Of a stretch of 64,000 nucleotides of DNA, positions 62,025 through 64,000 are shown piece by piece (within the stretch, counting starts at the first letter, position 1; the number at the start of each line of letters is the position of its first letter). The DNA is from an uncultured Thermoanaerobaculia bacterium (GTDB lineage: Bacteria; Acidobacteriota; Thermoanaerobaculia; Thermoanaerobaculales; Sulfomarinibacteraceae). The stretch spans positions 268-64,267 of the forward strand of contig CAYQTL010000011.1 of assembly GCA_964420405.1 (NCBI GenBank). Reading direction: 5' to 3'. Made by a program: the position numbers and the translations under genes. Below the pieces are notes generated by a model, which saw only the letters and a list, made by a program, of their open reading frames with translations, did not search any database and was not told the DNA's origin.

Positions 62025-63626
62025 ATGACGTCGTCCTCGTTCCCCGACTCGGCTCCGGACGCCGGGAACGCCGCGTTCCCGCTGCGGCTGGCGTGCGTCG
62101 ACATGGGCTCCAACGCGATCCGCTTCCTGGCGGCCGAGTTCACCTCCGAGGCGGAGTCCAGTCGGCTCGCGGTCGAGCGCGAGGCCGTCCGGCTGGGCCA
62201 CGGCGCCTACCTGTCGGGGCGGCTGGACGGCGCCGCCATGGACCGGGCGGTGGCCGCGCTGGTGCGCTACCGGGAGCAGATGGACGCCCTCGGCGTGGTG
62301 GCCCACCGGGCGGTGGCGACCAGCGCCGTGCGCGAGAGCTCCAACGGCGACGAGTTCGCCGCGCGCATCCATCGAGAGGCCGGCATCCAGCTGGAGGTCA
62401 TCTCCGGCTCGGAGGAGGCGAGGCTGGTCCACCTGGCGGTGTCGCGGCGGGTCCACCTGGGCTCCCGGCAGTGGCTGCTGGTCGACCTGGGCGGCGGCTC
62501 GGTGGAGGTGTCGCTGGTCGACGCCGACGGCACCTTCTGGTCCGAGTCCCACACCATGGGCTCGGTCCGGCTGCTCGAGGAGCTGACCGAGGCCGGCGGC
62601 GATCCGGGACGGTTCCGGCGCCTGCTGGAGGAGTACATCTCGGTGCTGAAGGTCCCCGCGGCGGCGCAGCACCGGCAGGTGGCGGGCTACATCGCCACCG
62701 GCGGCAACATCGAGACCCTCGCCAAGCTGGCCGGCTCGCCCGACGACGAGGGCGTCACCTCCCTGCCGGTGGACACGCTCGACACGGTCATCGACCAGCT
62801 CGCCCGGATGAGCTTCCGCCAGCGGGTGGACGAGCTCGGGCTGCGGGAGGACCGCGCCGACGTGGTGCTGCCGGCCGCGCTGGTCTACCGCCGGCTCGCC
62901 GAGCTGTCGGGTGTCGACGAGATCGTCGTCCCCCACGTCGGCATCAAGGAGGGGGTGCTGTACGACCTCGTCAGCCGACTCGCGCGCCACCGCGACCACG
63001 AGGACCGGCAGGCTCGCGACGTCCTCGCCGGCGCCCTCACCATCGGCCGCAAGTACATGTTCGACGAGGCCCACGCCCGCCACGTCGCCGCCCTGTCGGT
63101 GACGATCTTCGACCAGACGCGCCAGCTCCACGAGCTCGGCTCGGCCGATCGCAAGATCCTGCAGGCGGCGGCGTTGCTGCACGACATCGGCCAGTTCGTC
63201 TCCTACCAGGGACACCACAAGCACTCCCTGTACCTGATCTCGAACACCGAGCTGCCCAACTTCAGCCAGCACGAGATGGTGCTGGTGGCCAACGTCGCCC
63301 GCTACCATCGCAAGGGCGAGCCCTCGCCCCACCACCCCGCGTATGCCGCCCTCGGCGAGCCCGACAAGCGGCGGGTGCTGCGCCTGGCCGCGATCCTGCG
63401 GCTCGGCGACTCCCTCGACCGCGAGCACGTCCAGCGGGTCCGCCACGTCAGCGTGCGGGTCGGCGACGACGAGGTCACCCTGTGGCTCGAGGGCTCAGGC
63501 GGGCTGCTGCTCGAGGGCTGGTCGCTGAAGAAGAAGGCGCAGCTGTTCACCAAGGTCTTCGGGCGCAAGGTGCGGCTGAAGTTCGTCGACGACGAGCCGG
63601 CCCGGGTCAACGGCGGTGCGGGATGA
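62025..63626 (+). CDS. ppx: Exopolyphosphatase / guanosine pentaphosphate phosphohydrolase
   Basis: Motifs DMGSNAIRFL, GSEEARL and the HD region LLHDIGQFVSYQGHHKHSLYLI. Alternative ATG 61986. Confidence 0.87.
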   Translation: MTSSSFPDSAPDAGNAAFPLRLACVDMGSNAIRFLAAEFTSEAESSRLAVEREAVRLGHGAYLSGRLDGAAMDRAVAALVRYREQMDALGVVAHRAVATSAVRESSNGDEFAARIHREAGIQLEVISGSEEARLVHLAVSRRVHLGSRQWLLVDLGGGSVEVSLVDADGTFWSESHTMGSVRLLEELTEAGGDPGRFRRLLEEYISVLKVPAAAQHRQVAGYIATGGNIETLAKLAGSPDDEGVTSLPVDTLDTVIDQLARMSFRQRVDELGLREDRADVVLPAALVYRRLAELSGVDEIVVPHVGIKEGVLYDLVSRLARHRDHEDRQARDVLAGALTIGRKYMFDEAHARHVAALSVTIFDQTRQLHELGSADRKILQAAALLHDIGQFVSYQGHHKHSLYLISNTELPNFSQHEMVLVANVARYHRKGEPSPHHPAYAALGEPDKRRVLRLAAILRLGDSLDREHVQRVRHVSVRVGDDEVTLWLEGSGGLLLEGWSLKKKAQLFTKVFGRKVRLKFVDDEPARVNGGAG

Positions 63627-64000
63627 GCGTTCTCCGCTGCGCCTGGTGCGGCGATGACCCCCTGTACGTCGCCTACCACGACCGCGAGTGGGGCGTGCCG
63701 GTGCGGGATGACCGCACCCTGTTCGAGTTCCTGCTCCTCGAGAGCGCCCAGGCCGGGCTCGCCTGGATCACGATCCTGCGCAAGCGCGAGGGCTACCGGC
63801 GGGCGTTCGACGGTTTCGACCCCGGGAACGTGGCGCGCTATGACGACGCGAGGATCGCGTCGCTGCTCGACGACCCCGGGATCGTGCGCAACCGGGCCAA
63901 GATCAGGGCCGCCGTCGGCAACGCGCGGGCGTTTCTCGACCTGGTCGAGCGCGAGGGCAGCTTCGGCGACTGGATCTGGCGGTTCGTCGACGGCCGGCCG
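63623..64000 (+). CDS. tag: DNA-3-methyladenine glycosylase I, N-terminal part (runs off the window)
   Basis: ATGA overlap with the ppx stop. The protein starts MSVLRCAWCGDDPLYVAYHDREWGVPVRDDRTLFEFLLLESAQAGLAWITIL. It is not in the ORF track because no stop lies in the window. Confidence 0.9.
   Translation, partial: MSVLRCAWCGDDPLYVAYHDREWGVPVRDDRTLFEFLLLESAQAGLAWITILRKREGYRRAFDGFDPGNVARYDDARIASLLDDPGIVRNRAKIRAAVGNARAFLDLVEREGSFGDWIWRFVDGRP

Overview
A 64-kb, very GC-rich (roughly 70% by eye) bacterial chromosomal segment. Almost every frame is open, so the long antisense ORFs in the track are artefacts. Gene content (a VWFA-related 'acidobacterial'-type protein, an S55-like peptidase, FG-GAP and giant secreted proteins) suggests an Acidobacteriota-like organism, but this is inference only. 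All family calls come from motif recognition by eye; no searches were run. I call about 52 protein genes, 2 tRNAs, several sigma70-type promoters and intrinsic terminators, and an unusually rich set of intergenic repeats.

Layout:
(1) 1-12.2 kb: one same-strand array, nuoABCDHIJKLMN (11-subunit complex I, no nuoEFG), runs without a visible terminator into atpZ-atpI-atpB-atpE.
(2) 12.3-19 kb: ECF sigma factor, DUF502, purA, tRNA-Lys and tRNA-Glu with a decayed tRNA-Lys 3' duplication, an AidB-like acyl-CoA dehydrogenase, and a Lon-N-domain protein.
(3) 19-27 kb: a secreted VWA protein, a TPR plus 2x cNMP-binding protein, and an S55-like peptidase with a propeller-like protein.
(4) coaD and a GT4 glycosyltransferase.
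(5) 29.7-32.1 kb: a translationally coupled XRE / TPR / secreted-protein operon.
(6) 32.3-46.6 kb: an ABC-2 permease (wzm-like) and its likely ATPase (wzt-like) are separated by about 11 kb holding four signal-peptide protein genes. One is a 1,882-aa multidomain protein with Cys-bracketed poly-Gly linkers and an unassigned tandem C-terminal domain. This is my best candidate for something undescribed.
(7) 46.9-51.5 kb: a translationally coupled AGPS-like / glpD / GT2 / LAB_N operon, a possible ether-glycolipid route.
(8) Housekeeping genes to the end: aminotransferases, a YdiJ-like oxidoreductase, MFS, apaH, sixA, ppx, tag.

Non-genic highlights:
- A modular GC-rich repeat family with (GGGATC)n arrays occurs at 7 or more intergenic sites.
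- Two inverted copies of a 168-bp MITE-like palindromic element each supply the TAG stop of the upstream gene.
- A -10 box sits exactly 7 nt before the ATG of three genes, two of them with the TAGAATCG form (leaderless-type starts); TAGAATCG also recurs upstream of two further genes that have leaders.

No CRISPR array, transposase, integrase, phage gene or rRNA was seen.
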